NCBI RefSeq assembly: GCF_001194135.2
Contig: NC_069001.1
Location: 3,576,735 to 3,640,734, forward strand
From: Octopus bimaculoides
Lineage: Eukaryota
Direction: 5' to 3'
DNA length: 64,000 nt
Part shown: positions 1-14,724 of the stretch, in pieces
Layout of the letters: every line of letters starts with the position of its first letter
Position numbering within the stretch: position 1 is the stretch's first letter
Notes under the pieces: model-generated
Databases searched by the model: none
Seen by the model: only the letters and a program-made list of their open reading frames with translations
Told to the model about the DNA's origin: nothing
Program-made: the position numbers and the translations under genes

Positions 1-399
1 TTTTGTTCACTATCCTATTGACTAATTGTTGTCAGCACAGACCCTCACCTGTTTCCTTCTATTCTGGATCGATAAGACATAAGGTTTACTATTTTTAACT
101 AGTTTCACAGCCACTGAATGTTACTGAATGTGAAGGCTCACACATTACACAGGAACTCCCTGAACTCAACCATCATCACCTTAAATAATCTTTTGGTAGT
201 TCAGAGATGGAGAAGGAATCAGCTAGAATGAGGGCAATATAAGCATTCAAAAGCTGAGTGAACAAGCACTTCCAACATATATGAATGTGTAGTAGTAGAG
301 TCTACAAATGTTTTGAGCCAATAAATTTAACATAACTTTTACTTACCAGAGTGTCTGACTGGAAGTAGCTTTCAGGTAAAGAAGTACTAATACTGTGGA

Positions 400-445
<46 letters not shown>

Positions 446-1139
446 NNNNNNNNNNNNNNNNNNNNNNNNNNNNNNNNNNNNNNNNNNNNNNNNNNNNNNN
501 NNNNNNNNNNNNNNNNNNNNNNNNNNNNNNNNNNNNNNNNNNNNNNNNNNNNNNNNNNNNNATATATATGTATATATATACACACACACCTCAAGCTAAC
601 TAAAATCAAAGCTACATAGGTATATAAATATAAAAATCCAGCATCATAAAATTGTATACTACCACAAAAAAATAATTAAAAAAATTCTTTTATATATTTT
701 TAAAGAAACTTAGGCTACACACACAAAAAAATATATATATATAATTGTTTTAATATTTTATTTGTTTGCTTTATATGTAATGGCATTCTGAAAGTCTCTT
801 GTTATGTTTTGTTTTGTTTTTTTCTCTTTCATTTAAAACTATTTCTTTAGAATCTTTCCTTAATCTAATACTAGCTGCTATCTAACAAAAATCATCAGCT
901 GAAATTAGCTATTAGAACAATTAGAAATGTAAACAGATCAATAGAATCAAGATTTAGTAGTCATTTTGTTTGCACAAAAACTGAAATTGTAGAGAAAGGT
1001 CTAACAAATCACAGATACATTCTAAGGAATGGCAAAAAAAAATAGCTAAGACATCACAAAGTCATGTCAAAGTTTAATAAAGCACTGTGATAGATACTAC
1101 CATCCTTTCTACTTAAAGAGAGAGGTTCAACATACTCAC

Positions 1140-1330
1140 ATGTTGCTAGAAATAGAAACCAAATCTCTCAAGTTACACCCTACTGTCTTTATAGAAAAAA
1201 AGCAATGCACTGCATTATGTAGTCCTGGATACACTATGATTGAATAAAAATCATGATGATCGTGACTGAAACACTTTCAGTCATAAGTCCACTGGATTTG
1301 GATTGATGGAAGGGAAGGGGTTAAACAATT
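1140..1330 (+). mobile_element. Representative copy of an abundant old interspersed repeat (family D, probable SINE 3' part)
   Basis: Motif ctagaaatagcagccaaatct...ggataatgtagtcc recurs in both orientations at ~1370, 4260, 16500, 20700, 26350, 29550, 35100, 38460, 40650, 54620. Confidence 0.55.
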
Positions 1331-3005
1331 ACATTAAATTACATTCCGATAAAGAACCCACCACACAGATATATGACCTGCTAGAAATGGAAGTTAAATC
1401 TTCCTCAACTTACACCCTTTGTCTCAACAAAAAAAATGGAGCATGTTAGATGAATTGCTCTTCATCGTTTTAATGTCTACTTTCCCAAGCTTGCATGGGT
1501 CAGAGAAGCAGAATTTTCTACAGCTGGATGTAAAATAGAAGTATAGTGTTCCAAAGTTGTACTTGCATGGCAATGAATTTCAGATGGGACTGAGCATGGA
1601 AACTGACACAATTTCATTGTGGCTGAGTCATGATAACCACACATATACCATTATTTTCAAAATTTTCTCATAAAATTCTGTACTATCAAGAAATAAGGTA
1701 CTGCAGACAAAAACAAAGCCTCACCACTACCACCAGCACCACCACCACCACCACCACCAGCTCACCACTGCCAGAATAACAAAAACATGATGTAAGAAAA
1801 TTGTATGTGTCAATGGTAAAATACTGTATGTGTTGCCATAGTTATTCATTGATCGTTCCTACAATAAACAAACAGACAATAATGGTGATTGCTAAGACCT
1901 AAATTAACGTCTCAAGACTATACCAGTTTACTAGTCATCTTTGTGATTAAATGATCAATCTAGCTGAATGACTCTTGTTCCGTAAACAGCACTGTTCTAA
2001 CAATTCCTTACCTCTTTTCTTCATGTTTGTTGCCCGATTGTTGAAATGAAGAATTAGAGTTTCAAGCAAATGAACATTGCGTTCATTTTGTCTGCCTTTC
2101 TTTTCGATAGCTGTCACATCTCACAACCATCAACTGTCAACCAGCATCCAACAGCCACTTGCTTCTATAATAAATGTCTAGATCAAACTATAATTTGCCT
2201 ATATAACAATATGTGTGTTCTAAATTACAGTTAAATATATATCTAAAACGTCCTAACACATTAACTATTATTAAGTTCTGTATCGTTATTCCTAATCACC
2301 ATTATCATCATCATCATCATTATTGCTACAAAAGGATGATCATCATCACCCTTATGATTATTTGTCATCACCATTACAAGCATCATCATCATCATCATCA
2401 TCATCATCATTTTAATTATTACTCATCATCATTACCATCATTATTGTCATCCTCATCATCATCACTAATACCATCACCGCCTCATTTTTTCCTTTTCATA
2501 TGTCATTTGATTGGTTGGTATTTATTGTTATTCTTATCATTGTCGTTGTTGTTGTTGTTGTTGTTGCATACACAAATGACTCAGGCAGGTGAGAACAGCC
2601 ACCTATCCAATCCTGTTTTTCTAACTTATCCTTAATCAAACACAAAATATTTTCCTTTCCTTCTAATACTTTCTCATTAACTCTATCCACAAATATTATC
2701 TAACCATTATCCTTTAATTACTCTATCTTCTATAAACACACACATACACACACACACACACTAAGATCAACTCAAATCACTTGAGAAAGATCCAGAAACA
2801 ACTGGAATCAAAGAGGTGAAAATCTGGAAATCTACAGGAAATAAATGGAAAGAAAGAGGTGGCAATGGGGACGGAGACAGGGTACAAGAAACTGGAAAAA
2901 TGATTTGTTCAAGTTTCATAATGATAACAGAAGTTTTAAATAAGTTCTCTTATCAATATAATCAAATCAATATGGTAAAACTGATAGAGATTACCAGAAT
3001 GATGA

Positions 3006-3061
<56 letters not shown>

Positions 3062-3105
3062 GTATATCTACATATATATATATACACACACACATATATA
3101 TACAT

Positions 3106-3184
<79 letters not shown>

Positions 3185-3894
3185 ACTACATGTGGATTGT
3201 TGGCGATTTTTTTCCTCCATCTTCCTTTTCTCTTGGACTTTCCTCTGTCTTCTTAATTCATTGCTAGGGTTCAGTATCTGTGTGTTAATTTCAGGGCCTG
3301 GCTTAGCTAAGCTTGGCTCAAAAAATTTAGATTAGCTGGGCTTATGGATCGGTGGACAGAAGGACAGACAGACAGATTGCTATTCCACATGTATTTTATA
3401 AATCTAGTTTTATTAGATGATATCCATTGATGCAGCATAGTTTTGTAAATGCCTTAATCTCATCTGAAAGAAGTTTGATCAAACAGAAAGAACAGCCTGA
3501 AGACAAAGAAATAGTTTATCTCCCTTTGATTTCCAGTTTTGATAATAATAATAATAATAATAATAATATAGTATCTCCTTTCCTAGATATTCTCTTTCTA
3601 ACATACTGAAAGGTGTAACCAATTTATCGTGTGTGGAAATTCTATTTTAGTCTTAATGATTCAATATTCCTTACATTATTTTCAATTAAAAGATAGCATC
3701 TGAATTGAGACTATTTTTGGTGTTATTTTAAGGTAGTGGATGGCAGAATCAGTAGAATGCTTTGTGATATTTAAGTTTCAAGTTCAAATCCCACCTAGGT
3801 CAACTTTCTGAAGGTCAACTTTGTTTTTCACTCCTTAATGGTTGATAAAATTATACTCCCCTATAAATTTGAGGCCTTGTATCTGCACTATCAA

Positions 3895-3964
3895 TCATTA
3901 ACATCATTATCATTATTATAATTATTATTATTATCATTATTATTATTAATATTATTATTATTAC

Positions 3965-4017
<53 letters not shown>
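3895..4017. repeat. (ATT)n microsatellite, followed immediately by a truncated family A SINE head (aaggcagtaagctgatagaattgttagcacactgg)
   Basis: Direct reading. Confidence 0.85.
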
Positions 4018-4018
<1 letters not shown>

Positions 4019-5066
4019 GGCAGTAAGCTGATAGAATTGTTAGCACACTGGACTGAAACCAAAAGAAGAATAAAAGAATGTAATAGTTTAAAGAATATTT
4101 TGCTATAAATATGAATACTAAATGCTGTCTTTGTTTTGACAACTCATTATGAATCAATATTTTCATATGTGCTACAAATCAAAACATATCTGAGGTCTTA
4201 GACAATAGATATTCACCTACTGAACCTAACATGACAACAAGAGTCATTATGCAATTGCTTGAACTGATAAAAATAGCAACCAAATCTTCCTCAAAATCAC
4301 ACTCTACCATCTTAAAAAAAGCGAGATACATTGGAGACATTGGATAAAGTCTGCCTAAAAGATGAGGACAGACAACATGAAGATGTCTTTGATCATGAGT
4401 TTATTCATTTAGAGCTGACCTTGATCTAAACAACAATACAACCAGGATACACATTGTCAGGGACCAAACAGCTGATTCCTATCTCATAAAGAAATGACAA
4501 AAATAAATCTCATTAAATGGTTTAAGTTTCCTATCTAATGCAACTGTATAACACAAATATAAGTGTATTAGCTGCTTTATTTGTATATTTTTCTAAGACC
4601 TCTCGTGTATACTTTTATCAGGATCGGTTTTTAAATTAGTAAACATATAATCCATTAGACGTGCAAAATTAACCTGCATGAAAAGCTGAAAACATAAGAG
4701 CTTATAATAAAGCGGTTGGGTATTAAAGGTATCAGACAACTTGTGTATACATGTATGTATGTGTGGCAGGAGGCAGTAGCAATAAGATGGAGAGATGCGA
4801 CATGAAAGGTTGTTGTGTGTCAATGGTAGAGGGTGAAATTGTGGCAGGGGAAACATCTGCAAAAAAAGTGAAAAAAGAAACAGAAGCAATGAGATCTCAA
4901 GAGGTTGAGTCTTACAGATAACACAATACCAGGATATAGAGGATAGGGTGGTAATGTGGCCTACTTCATAAATATGCTTCATATCAACTTCAACATGACA
5001 ATGACAAACTGACTTTATCTTGGTAATGATGTAAGTAAAAATCTAACACTTGTATATAATTGACCA

Positions 5067-5110
<44 letters not shown>

Positions 5111-5849
5111 NNNNNNNNNNNNNNNNNNNNNNNNNNNNNNNNNNNNNNNNNNNNNNNNNNNNNNNNNNNNNNNNNNNNNNNNNNNNNNNNNNNNNNNNNN
5201 NNNNNNNNNNNNNNNNNNNNNNNNNNNNNNNNNNNNNNNNNNNNNNNNNNNNNNNNNNNNNNNNNNNNNNNNNNNNNNNNNNNNNNNNNNNNNNNNNNNN
5301 NNNNNNNNNNNNNNNNNNNNNNNNNNNNNNNNNNNNNNNNNNNNNNNNNNNNNNNNNNNNNNNNNNNNNNNNNNNNNNNNNNNNNNNNNNNNNNNNNNNN
5401 NNNNNNNNNNNNNNNNNNNNNNNNNNNNNNNNNNNNNNNNNNNNNNNNNNNNNNNNNNNNNNNNNNNNNNNNNNNNNNNNNNNNNNNNNNNNNNNNNNNN
5501 NNNNNNNNNNNNNNNNNNNNNNNNNNNNNNNNNNNNNNNNNNNNNNNNNNNNNNNNNNNNNNNNNNNNNNNNNNNNNNNNNNNNNNNNNNNNNNNNNNNN
5601 NNNNNNNNNNNNNNNNNNNNNNNNNNNNATAAGTTATTTCACTGATTACCATCTTGTTTTTTTTTTGCATCCTGCATGAAAAGACTTGCTATTTATACCC
5701 AACCTTAAAGGGTTAAGGTACACAAAGACAAACAGACTTTAACAGGGACAGAGAGAGAAAGAGAGAGAGATAGACAGGTCTTAGCATGTGATACAGACAG
5801 AAAGAGAAACTCAGATGAACAGACAAACAAAAAGATCTTATGATGGGGC

Positions 5850-5898
<49 letters not shown>

Positions 5899-5989
5899 AT
5901 GAAGCACAGTGAGATAAAGATAGAAAAGCAGAAAAAGAAAGAGAAAAAGACAACATTATGTATAGCAAGAGAGAGAGAGAGAGAGAAAC

Positions 5990-6090
5990 TGACATACTTT
6001 AACATGGAGCATATAGATGAGAGTGACAGACAGACGTACTTTAGCATGAAGTGTACTAAGAGACAGACATATTTTAGCATGAAGCATACA
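5990..6090. repeat. Short degenerate minisatellite (gacagacatactttagcatgaagcata x3) within a (GA)n-rich block
   Basis: Three imperfect copies; partial copies also at ~5775 and ~5895. Confidence 0.6.
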
Positions 6091-8585
6091 GATTCCAATA
6101 TAATTCATTCAGTGGTGCTTCATTTATCTTATGCCGATCAGGCAAAAGTATTTTCTTTAAAAAAAAGAAATGAAAAAATAAAAATAAGAAAAATTCTTTT
6201 ACACAGAAAAATAACAGGAAAAATATACAACCTTGTCAAACCAATGGAGGTTTTTTTTTTGTTGGTTTTTTTTTTAAATGAAAAGAATTCCGGTCATTTA
6301 ATGATAGAAATGTTCTCTCTTTTCTAAAGACATTTCAGAAACATTAAATTTAGTTGACCCACAAATTGCTGACAAATTGGAAAAGATCTAAGAGGCTATA
6401 GAGACATTCTCTGTAATCAATAACAGGGATCTTTGATCACTGATTTCTGTTAGAAACTCCACAAGGAGATGTGAGAGAGGTTGAAGTAGTAGATAGGGGA
6501 AAGAAAAAACGTTTTTTTTTAAATTGTTCCATTTTGTTTTGTTGTTTGTGAAGGAATGATAGAAATTCCTTTAAAGACTAGTGAATTGATATTTCACAGT
6601 CATATTTATTTTTTTTCTAAAGTTTCACACACACACACACACACACACAACATGCATGTATATTAATAATTACATATATACTCATATGTGTGTAGAAGGA
6701 CACATACATATGCACAAACACACGTGTGTGCATAGATGGGGAAAAAAATGTCACATTAAATTTAAGTTACAGCAAAAAAATCTGTTATGATAAATCTTAT
6801 TCTATAACACACACATATACACACACACATATATGCACACGCATACACTAACACATACGCACACTCACACACATGGTTAGGAAGAAAAGGGGAAAAATGA
6901 ATTGATGCTTACAACAAAAAAAAACATAGAACTGAAAAATAAAGGAAGTAAAAAAACAAAAAGGTATTAAAGTGAGAAGTGTCACTTTAATATAGAGAAT
7001 TGTTGAAAAAGTCAGAAAAATTATGTAAGTCTGTCTATTTGTAAAGGGAAAAATATTTATATAGCAATTGGAACTATTGCCAAGATTATTAAAGGAAGAT
7101 TGAGAATCAAAGATTTGGTAACCTTCAATTGGACTAAGTCTATTATTTTCTTAAGCTTCTAATGTGTTACAGATCTGCCAGATTGCATATGCGTGTATAT
7201 GTGTCTAGTGTGACTGTATGTGTAGGGCATGTGTATATATCATACATATATGTGTGTGTGTAGCATGCATATATAAGTGACATGTGCATGTGAGTGGATG
7301 TGCATGTATATGTAAGAGTGTGTGAAATAGACTGAATAAAATGTATGGGAATTGAGTATTATTTTCTGTAGATATATTCTGAAATTGTTACCAAAAATGA
7401 TTTCTCCTCTCCTGCCTTCCCCACTTCCCAATATATATATATATATATATATANNNNNNNNNNNNNNNNNNNNNNNNNNNNNNNNNNNNNNNNNNNNNNN
7501 NNNNNNNNNNNNNNNNNNNNNNNNNNNNNNNNNNNNNNNNNNNNNNNNNNNNNNNNNNNNNNNNNNNNNNNNNNNNNNNNNNNNNNNNNNNNNNNNNNNN
7601 NNNNNNNNNNNNNNNNNNNNNNNNNNNNNNNNNNNNNNNNNNNNNNNNNNNNNNNNNNNNTATATATATATATATATATATATATCTTATATAAATGGCA
7701 TTTTCTTTCTGTCTGTTACCATCATAGTGCCTAAACCAACAAACCAATATTCACAAAACTTTGCATACATGTTACACTAACAACCAGTTCAATAATAGGC
7801 TAATTAGATTTCAATAAAAATCTGTAATGTACCCTCCAGGGCGGTTGAGCAAACTATATGATAAAATGAGAAGAGTGCAAAAAGTATAAGTCTGAGGGAA
7901 ACGCAGTAGCAGAGTGAGGGTGACTTATATCAGGGAAGGTGAGAACAGCATTATGCAAATGACAAATATTGAGTGGTAATGGGATGGTAACTTTAATACA
8001 GCTGTCATATACACACAATGCTACATACATACTTCCATAAATACATAGATACAAAACACACACACACACACACACACACACAGAGGAAGGTGAGAGTGAG
8101 GAATATATAGTTTTAAGGGGGGAGAGGGAGGTGGCTTTTCTGATGCCCATGCAAAGAAACACTCACACACAGACACACACTTTCTATAAATCAGATACAT
8201 CCCAGATTAGATAAGAAAGGCAAACTTCATCAATGGGATCATCAAGAATTGGCACTAAGCAACAATACCAATATTTTGTAATTTAATTATTAGACTAGAA
8301 ACAAGCCAACAGCTCTTTAGGAGACAGTATGAGGTTTAACTTTTGATGTACAGCAGCCAACTATAGTTATAGTGTTATATATATATATATACACACACAT
8401 GTGCACATGCGCAGATCTCAACACATACACATTCTATTGTTCTACTGCACTCTATGACCTGGAATCATCAATGAATTGTATTTTTAAATTTTGTCCCTCT
8501 TATTGTAGTCAATATTTTTAACCAATCTCATTCAAATGATTCACTGTTGGTAGAGAACAGTTATTAAAAAAAAATATTTTGGATT

Positions 8586-8628
<43 letters not shown>

Positions 8629-10239
8629 TGTGAGCGTGTAAGGTACCAACACTTGATAGAGTCAGTAAAATACCAACACTTCAATCAGTAAGGTACCAAC
8701 AACTGACTGAGTCAACAAGGTACAAAGATCTTAGTCAAAGAATGAAGAGTTCATATTTTATTAACCAACCCCAGTGTGTGTTACAAGCACATTCTGCTTG
8801 TAATGGCTCAATCTGATGTTTATTAGATAACAGTTAAAGATATTCTGGGAAGAAACAGTTCAGCACTGCAAACAGCAAAGTAATTGCGATAACTGATATT
8901 TTGTTAGCTTACAGAGAAGCAGAGTTCAAACCATCCCATGGGTTGAAGAAGCTGGTAGGAAATCACTCCAGTACATCTTCCCTTGAATAACACTACATTC
9001 TTTTTAATGAGTTTAGTCCAGTTGAGAGAGGGGGGGTGAATAGAGCGAGGAGAAGAGAGAGAGAGAGAGAGAGAGAGGCAATGCCAATCGATCACTTTTA
9101 TAGGCCATACTCATACACCCAGACAGGTAAGAGCATTGTGGATTTTTAGCTTGAATATTTGTTAATCATGTCAATATTTGCGAGAAAAAGCAAATAGGTG
9201 GGGATGAAAATAGGGAAGATGTCTTCAGTGGTACCCCAGAGCAACTTTACTGAGCAGTTTTATGAAGTGGGGAAAATAAAATGTACAACAACACAGATTT
9301 AACACTAAATAGACAATTAATAACATTTCAGCTGGATCAAACGAAATCCCTTGTATGTATTGTGTATAAAGTTTATATTTAAGTGAAGTTACACAACGAT
9401 TCCATCTCGATAAATGGTAAAGTTGATAGTTTTATGCATAGCTATCAAGAATCTCTTCATACAGCAATTTCCAATCAGATTCTGTTCAAACATTATTAAC
9501 AGAAACATTTACAGAAGGGAGGAAAAAAAAGAAGAAAAAAAAAACAGAATTATGGCAGAAGGAGGAGGAGGAGGAGGAATATTTATGAAGGACAAACAAA
9601 ATAATCTACAAAGTCAGAAAAAGCTAAGTGAATGGGGGCGTGTATGTGTGTGTGTGTGCATGCCTGTGTGTGCATGTGTATGCACATGTGTTTTTGTGTG
9701 CACATGAGGAGGTATGTGTTTGTGTATGTGGGTGCACATGCCTGTGCATGTGTATATCTGTGCATTTGTACAAGTGAGTATGCATGTGTGTGTGCATGTA
9801 TATATTTATATATGTAAATATATGTGAAACTGGGAGGTTTCAACAATTCCCAAAATAAATGCTTACTCTACAATTAACCTGTATTGAGTTCTCTCTACCT
9901 TAGAGGTAGTAGTACTGAGTACAACCCACAGTCTATCATCATTATTTAAAGTCTGTCTTTCAAGTTGGCATGAGTTGGACAGTTTTATAAGACCCAAGAA
10001 GCCAGAGGATTACATAGAGCTCCAAAATCTACTGTGCTATGGTTTCTATGGTTTTTAATGCCAACCACTTTACAGAGTGTAGTAAGGCAGTAAAACTATT
10101 GAAGTCACCAAGTACTTACAACACAAGATCCCTCAACTGAGCGGAATATAGTATTGAAGGGGATGAAAGTATAACTGAGGGACAGAACAACTGTCATGCT
10201 GAAGGACTGTTGGTTTTTGTGAGGAGGTGCTTGAGTCAT

Positions 10240-10485
10240 GCAGGACTGGTCAGCCATCAGGTAACTCACAGGAATCAACCCATGGTAAATTGTGATATGG
10301 CTATGGTTCACAACAGAACATATGCAACATGTAGAAAGGTGTTGGAGGATTGAAAAGGCCAGTCAAAAGAGTTCATACTGTGGCACCTGGTCCTTCTGCC
10401 AGCCAGCACAGCTGTGCATTATGTAATAGAATGTGCAAAACTTTTGCCAGGCTCAAGAGTCATACAAGGGCCTCACATTGCATCA
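10240..10485 (+). mobile_element. Degenerate RTE-like LINE 3' end with terminal C2H2-like finger
   Basis: One frame reads ...SQHSCALCNRMCKTFARLKSHTRASH, resembling the C-x2-C...L-SH-R-H tail of RTE ORF2. The upstream part has stops. Confidence 0.5.
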
Positions 10486-11439
10486 ACATTGACTCATTTC
10501 AGTGATTCTTTCTAGCAATCACTTTGCTCATATACGAGAAAGCAGCTAAGATGTATATGTCTATATGTTTATGTGTACATATATATGTATACATATATAT
10601 CAACTCATTTCATTATTTTCTTCTATCTAATTATCTAATTTCATTAGTTAGCTAATTACCACCCCACCCTACTATCTTATCAATCACAAGTCTGTTCATA
10701 AAACTCATCTCAACATTAAGCTGATTTCAATTAACTCATCCACTTTTTACTACCTCTATCAACAGCTTCCATTCTCTTCTCCTGGATTCCAATATTCCAA
10801 CCAGCATTACAGAATTTACACCTGTTCTATTTCACACCTGTTCATGCTACAAACAACCTACCCCCACCAACTCCCCACCACCAATATAAACCCTCCCAAA
10901 AAATCACTCTATAAAACATCTGCTCCAATGTTAACTGAAACTGATAGGGGTTTTTTTATAATTCTTTCATGTTTTTTTTTCCAACTGGTTACAGTTATAG
11001 GCCTATGGCTATGCTGGAGCAACACTACCATCAAGGTGTTTACTTGATCAAATCAATCCCAACACTTACTTCAGCCTGGTTTTTATTTTAACATTTTATC
11101 AATCAATTTTAATTGAATAACTATGTAATAGTCTGAAATAATGGGTCATAACATTGGTTGATAACAAGAATGGACACACAGACATACATACACAACTGGC
11201 ACCCTGTCGGTTATAATGAGGGTTCCAGCTGATCTGATGAATGGAGCAGCCTGCTCGTGAAATTAACATATAAGTGACTGAGCACTCTGCAGACACATGT
11301 ACCTTTAATGTAGTTCTCATGGAGATTCAGTGTGACACAGAATGTGACAAGGCTGGCCCTTTGAATTACAGGTACTGCTCCTTTTTGCCAGCTGAGTGGC
11401 ACATATATACACGTGGACATATATACACACATATTCATT

Positions 11440-11551
<112 letters not shown>

Positions 11552-12287
11552 ACTTTAATCTACAAGGAAAAGGTTATGAAATCTTCTCTCTCACATCCCA
11601 AGAACCAATTTATCGTGATATCTTCGGTTAGGCTATATATCTCTCTTCATTCTTCAACACTTGCAATGCATTACACTACACTTCTTACACACTTGCTGCC
11701 AATAAATTCTAACAACTGATAAATCACTAATTCTTCACATCTTTACTCATGATATTAAATAGAAATTGGTAAGTCATTGCATCTCAAAGACCTACCAACT
11801 CTCTTCAGTTAACACTGTTTGTAATAGTTGGCCCATCATCAAATTAACTGCTTGACTGCAAATAGCTTAACACAATTTATGGATTCTATCAGGAAATTAT
11901 TGTCTATCTACATGTTGCAGTTTAAGAAATGGCAAGACTTGTTGTGGTTGCTCCAATGGAAGTTCAATGTTGAAAAATTTAAGTGAAGTAGTAGAAAGAC
12001 TCTAACTCAAATTGACTTAAGATTTGAAACTTCTGAGAACTTGGTCATGAGGATTATACCTCGGGTAAGTTTGGTAGAGCAGCTTGCATCCCATTCAGAA
12101 TATGGTGTCCCATCAAAAACATTACTCTATTGGAACCAGTGATCTGACTTCCACTTCACAGTTAAACAGTTCACACTGGACAGTGCAAACAGATGGCAGA
12201 GATATACTTCTTTCATTCTTTCAAACCAAGAGAATTATCCAATATAAAATTTAGGCCAATAACAAGCATGAAGAGTATGGTACACCT

Positions 12288-12331
<44 letters not shown>

Positions 12332-13280
12332 TATCATCATCATCATCATTGTTTAATGTCTGTTTTCCATGCTGGCATGAGATGGATAGTTCTACAGGAA
12401 CCAACAAGCCAGAGGACTGTGCCAAACAATAATGTCTGCTTTGGCATGTTTTCAGTAAATCCCTTTTTCCTTTTAATATAATCTAACTTCCTTCTCAAAT
12501 CCTCAATAATAAATCCTGGAAAACTGAAACAATCACATATGGATTTAATTTGCCTAATCCAGTACAATAATCAATGGATCTCCATGGATTTTATTGATGT
12601 GTATTCAGTTGTTCAATCAACAGAGCTACTTTCTCATTGAATTATACAGTAAACAGTTGAGGATTCTACCGATACATACAACTTTAACATAATTGTCAAA
12701 CAGAATCAGCATGACACAGGATGATATGGTCAGATCATTGAAATACAGGCACAAACCAAGTCTTCTGCACAGCTGCCATCCACCCAATTTCACTTACAAG
12801 GATTGGGTCAACTAGAGGCTATGGTGAAAGTTACTGATGAACAAGATCAACTTTCAAAACAAATGTGACTATTTAAATAGACTGGTCATACAGCAAAGTA
12901 GATGACACATTACCAAACTGCCAGGTACATTTCAAACACACACACACACAGGCTGGGATGATGGAATGTGTCACTTCAATAATAAACCAACATTCCATTG
13001 ACCATCAGCTGTAGAAATAAATTTGATACAAAACATTCTACCATGACATATTTATATAAATGTGAGTGCAGTTGGTGTAAGCAAGCAATTCTGTGAGCTT
13101 ACATAATATAAACAAAGTTTCTAACACTACATACTGTGCCTCAAATATGTACACTAAACATGTATTTGAGTGGGGTATATCAATGATTAAATAAACACAA
13201 ATATAGTGAGTCTAAAACACCAAAACTTGAAGGCTAGCTCCAGCATGGCCATAATCCACTGGCTAAAGAAATAAAAAATT

Positions 13281-13334
<54 letters not shown>

Positions 13335-14199
13335 AGCCTGATTTTAGAATAGGTACATCATATCCCTGCATGTTGTAAGAGGTGATTTGACAGGTTGCCA
13401 TAAAGAAGAATATCTGGCTGTAAAAAGTCTCAAAAAGTTCTGTCCAATGCATACGAGCATGGAGGAGATGCAAAAATGATCATGATGATTTAAGTAGCCA
13501 TAATTTTCAATATATATCTATATATTATATGCATACATACATTTATAAACCAGTATATCATAATTATGGCCTTAAAAAGAGTATATATATTTAAAATTCT
13601 CCTCGTATATAAATATATAACACATCAACTTTGTCTCGAGTTAAAAGAACCATAATTAAATTTCATGTCAAAACAACTTTTTCCCCCTCCTTTAAAATAT
13701 ATAGTGACTACTATCATCATCATCATCATCATCATAATCATTATTATTATTATTATTATTGTCATCATTATTCTGCTATCTATTTTAATGTAAAATATTT
13801 CAATAGATTGACAGTAGTTAAGATTCTAAACTTTCATAGATTATTTTTATTATACAGAGATTGAATGAAAAAAAAAAAAATTTTTTTTTTTTTTCAAATT
13901 GTATTTATATCAACTAATCTTAACTTTGAGACAAAACTAGTTTTACGTACNNNNNNNNNNNNNNNNNNNNNNNNNNNNNNNNNNNNNNNNNNNNNNNNNN
14001 NNNNNNNNNNNNNNNNNNNNNNNNNNNNNNNNNNNNNNNNNNNNNNNNNNNNNNNNNNNNNNNNNNNNNNNNNNNNNNNNNNNNNNNNNNNNNNNNNNNN
14101 NNNNNNNNNNNNNNNNNNNNNNNNNNNNNNNNNNNNNNNNNNNNNNNNNNNNNNNNNNNNNNNNNNNNNNNNNNNNNNNNNNNNNNNNNNNNNNNNNNN

Positions 14200-14241
<42 letters not shown>

Positions 14242-14671
14242 TATCATGCATATGATATATACAGAAGATAGACAGACAGATTGATATAGATAGATATGTA
14301 TGCATAGATGTATGTATGTGCAAATATACAGGTGTGTGTGTGTGTATGTGTGTGTGAGTATGTGTGTATATATATATACACTCACATTCATCATGTGATT
14401 AAAAAGAATCTAAACATACATGCACACACACACATGCACACACACTGAGAACATCTAATATATTTTTATTACCATAATATAATCCCTGAAGAAAAACAAA
14501 TTTTTTTTAATTTCAACACAATAGAAAATAATATTGATTTCATTTCTAAAACTTAATGGAAATCAATGTTGGAATAAATTCTTGCAGAGATTTGTAGTTC
14601 CTGAGTATTGGTTATTTAAACCAAGACACGGAAGGAAACATACACAAGACCCTAAAACAAGGTGCACATAC

Positions 14672-14724
<53 letters not shown>

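Noticed and set aside
8913-8951. 39-nt minus-strand exon candidate (LLQPMGWFELCFS or FFNPWDGLNSAS) with a gtaagc donor
   Set aside because: The splice signals are plausible, but there is no recognisable product or linking evidence; compatible with chance.
10120-10136. 17-nt minus-strand microexon candidate reading LRDL
   Set aside because: The phase and sequence do not continue SCAI exon 1 (no PQYG); it sits beside a LINE remnant.
11234-11272. Second hammerhead-like string ctgatga-atg-gagcagcctgctc-gt-gaaa
   Set aside because: It lies inside a family B SINE whose other copy (50700-50760) lacks CTGATGA. It has extra bases flanking stem II and no stem I, stem III or cleavage triplet.
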